In this document: positions 61,626-64,000 of the stretch, piece by piece
Layout of the letters: each line of letters begins with the position of its first letter
How positions within the stretch are numbered: the first letter of the stretch is position 1
NCBI GenBank assembly: GCA_963768055.1
Contig: CAVYGN010000001.1
Coordinates: forward strand, 160,001-224,000
Reading direction: 5' to 3'
From: an uncultured Spirochaetota bacterium
GTDB lineage: Bacteria > Spirochaetota > Brevinematia > Brevinematales > JAOACQ01
DNA length: 64,000 nucleotides
Notes under the pieces: generated by a model
The model's database searches: none
What the model saw: only the letters and a program-made list of their open reading frames with translations
What the model was told of the DNA's origin: nothing
Position numbers and translations under genes: made by a program

Positions 61626-63035
61626 ATGAACTTGCATATGATCGATACCATCCTTAAAAATGAGAGAGGAGGGTCTTCGTTCTTCAATGTGGCTCTGATA
61701 GAGCTCCTTGGCGGAATTTCAGGCGATCCGTATAATAGTAAGGGTTGGGATTGTTTTTTAACGAATTTGCTTAGGGGAAAAATTCGCCCCGATTCAAGAG
61801 AAGTGAGGCGGTTTTTCCCCTTTTTATCAGTTAACGTAACCCCCATTCATGGAGATGTTTCGGACAGTCATGAGATAGATAGTTATGCTTACCTTTATGA
61901 GCGTGAAAGCCTGTTCTTAAAGAAGCTTGAAGGATTTCTTATCGGTAACAAATCCGAAATAAAAGAATACTCCAAATCTCTCGGTTCGATTTTTATTCTC
62001 AGGGATGAAATTCGCGGAATATTGAGCCGGATAATTGATAATGACAAACTTTCTGTCTTTTTTAGGGATAAGGGGGCTATAAAGGGCAAAAAACAGATAA
62101 CCTTTGTGCCTACGTTCAGATGTCCGATGAAGTGTTCATATTGTGTGAATAAGGATATTACCTTTAAGGATATGAGTTACAGACATTTTACCTCAGCACT
62201 GAGGTGGCTTGACAATAATGGATGCGATATCGTGAGTTTCAGCGGGGGTGAACCGACCTCGCATGAACGTTTCAGCGAAATGATATTATCGTTATCCGAA
62301 AAGTACGAGATACATTTTGCGACAAACCTCATGTTTGGGCCCGGCGTAAGGAATGTGTTGTATAATGAAAGCGTTACCTCGCTTACCGTTCATATGCCGG
62401 GTCCGGGGGAACAATCGAGGGAACAGAGGGAGCTTTTCATCGATAATCTCAGGGCTTTTAAATTACAGAAAAAGAAAATGAGGTTCAGGTATAATATATC
62501 GAGGTTCGAGGATGAAAAAACCTGGGAACCTCTTTTAACATTTGTTAAAAGCATGGGGCATAATATAATCAATTTCGCCCTTACGGTGCCAGGGCGCAGC
62601 CGGACAAATGAATTTGTAAACACGGGGGAGCTGAATAAAATGGGAGGAGTCGCGAAAAATTTCATAGAATACTCCGGAATAAGAAATGTGAAGGTAAATA
62701 TTTCAAAGCCTATACCTCCATGCTGCATTTCAGACGAGAAAGACCCCATAGATATTTATCCGACGATTTGCAATATATATAAGGAGGATTACACTATAAA
62801 TACCACCATCCTTCCGGATTTAAGCGTATCGCCATGCTTTGCTGTAATGAAAAAGTTCAAAATGCTGACTGATTATAAAGACTGGGACGGTATCAGGAAA
62901 GATGTAAAACCTTATGTCACAAGTCTTATTCAAAAGCCGCTGCTTGACAAATGCGGGAAGTGTTACCTGTTTATGAGGGGAATTTGCATGGGCGGATGCC
63001 TCGGCTATAAAACAGACGGCGGGTATGATGCTTGA
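61626..63035 (+). CDS. Radical SAM/SPASM-domain protein with an N-terminal extension
   Basis: CPMKCSYC, SGGEP, C-terminal PPCC..C..PC..CGKC...ICMGGC. Confidence 0.88.
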   Translation: MNLHMIDTILKNERGGSSFFNVALIELLGGISGDPYNSKGWDCFLTNLLRGKIRPDSREVRRFFPFLSVNVTPIHGDVSDSHEIDSYAYLYERESLFLKKLEGFLIGNKSEIKEYSKSLGSIFILRDEIRGILSRIIDNDKLSVFFRDKGAIKGKKQITFVPTFRCPMKCSYCVNKDITFKDMSYRHFTSALRWLDNNGCDIVSFSGGEPTSHERFSEMILSLSEKYEIHFATNLMFGPGVRNVLYNESVTSLTVHMPGPGEQSREQRELFIDNLRAFKLQKKKMRFRYNISRFEDEKTWEPLLTFVKSMGHNIINFALTVPGRSRTNEFVNTGELNKMGGVAKNFIEYSGIRNVKVNISKPIPPCCISDEKDPIDIYPTICNIYKEDYTINTTILPDLSVSPCFAVMKKFKMLTDYKDWDGIRKDVKPYVTSLIQKPLLDKCGKCYLFMRGICMGGCLGYKTDGGYDA

Positions 63036-64000
63036 CATTGGCGACATATTCAGGACATTTGCCGGGCGTGTTCAGAAACTCAAAAATTTATTATTTTTTG
63101 CACCAAGCTCGATCATCATAGAGCCGACCAATGCATGCAATCTGTCATGCAGGATTTGCGCCGCCTCTGAAATGCTCGTAAGGAATGACTCCGGCAGGGG
63201 ATTTATGGATTATAAACTCTTTGAGGAAATATTAAAAAAAATAAAAAGGCCCGATCAAAAAATACATCTGTATTTCAGGGGGGAACCGCTTCTTCATCCG
63301 GAAATAATCTCTTTTATCGCTGAAAGCTCCCGGCATGGTTTTTTTACCACCATTTCGACAAATTCGCTTTTGATGAATGAAGAAATGTGTGAAAGGCTTA
63401 TATCCTCGGGCCTGGACAGGCTTCAGATAAATTATGACAATATCCTGGAAGAGGATTACCCGATGATCCGGGGCATCGATGAAGCGGACACTGTCCTGAG
63501 GAACATAATGATGATCCAGGAGATGAAAACTAAACTGCATAGCGAGAAGCCTGAACTCATTATTAAGGCTGTAAACCCGGGGCATAAACCGGGCATGATA
63601 AGAAAGTACATGGAATTTCTTAAACTTAAAGGGATAAAAGGCAAAGCATGCATTACCGGCTATTTTGTCTGGCCCGGAACTTTGCCCCTCGATGAATTTG
63701 AAATAAACTGGCTGCCCGCGCCGAGGGTCTGCCCCATTTTTAACCAGGGAGCGGCGGTCACTTTCGATGGCAGGGTCCTGGCCTGCAGCTATGATTACAT
63801 GGAGGCCAGCTTTATCGGGAATATCCTGGATTTTAAATCTTTAAACAGCGTTTACAGTGATCCGGGCTATAAAAATTTCAGGAAAAAGATATTATTAAAG
63901 AAATACAATGAGCTTGCCCCATGTAAAAGCTGTTTAATGCCTATGACCCCTATAGCATATAAGGAATTCGAACTGGGAGGCTTAGATAAACCGGATGCCT
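63025..64000 (+). CDS. Second radical SAM protein (SPASM/twitch tail); runs off the window edge, not in the ORF track
   Basis: MMLDIG...EPTNACNLSCRIC, FRGEP, CPIF...DG.VLACSYD...GN...CKSC; start overlaps the upstream stop; no stop seen before 64000. Confidence 0.85.
   Translation, partial: MMLDIGDIFRTFAGRVQKLKNLLFFAPSSIIIEPTNACNLSCRICAASEMLVRNDSGRGFMDYKLFEEILKKIKRPDQKIHLYFRGEPLLHPEIISFIAESSRHGFFTTISTNSLLMNEEMCERLISSGLDRLQINYDNILEEDYPMIRGIDEADTVLRNIMMIQEMKTKLHSEKPELIIKAVNPGHKPGMIRKYMEFLKLKGIKGKACITGYFVWPGTLPLDEFEINWLPAPRVCPIFNQGAAVTFDGRVLACSYDYMEASFIGNILDFKSLNSVYSDPGYKNFRKKILLKKYNELAPCKSCLMPMTPIAYKEFELGGLDKPDA

Overview
Bacterial chromosomal segment. The rodZ-rimO-pgsA-pgpA and tRNA-tig gene order is compatible with a spirochaete-like organism, but the taxonomy is only tentative. 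Housekeeping blocks include argD-proC-yggT-yggU, tex, rfbA, rimO/pgsA/pgpA, eight tRNA genes around tig, clpB and ligD-ku. Accessory regions are: (i) an AT-rich decaying island at ~20.9-25.3 kb with a stand-alone class III nucleotide cyclase, an intact IS3-family element that splits a membrane-protein gene (CAAA target duplication) and an excisionase pseudogene; (ii) a duplicated 7TM-PAS histidine-kinase cluster next to an internally deleted IS; (iii) a sugar-ABC locus with an acyltransferase-permease fusion, an AGE-epimerase homolog that appears to lack its catalytic histidines, and a GH26 fragment. The top finding is at the right edge: a putative RiPP cluster. It has a sigma70 promoter, a stand-alone PqqD/RRE gene, a 49-aa precursor missing from the ORF track (61446-61595, core ending SLYYYSLYYTYYYYYYY) and two radical SAM enzymes, and it continues beyond the window. 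All calls come from reading the sequence and motifs by eye; no searches were run.
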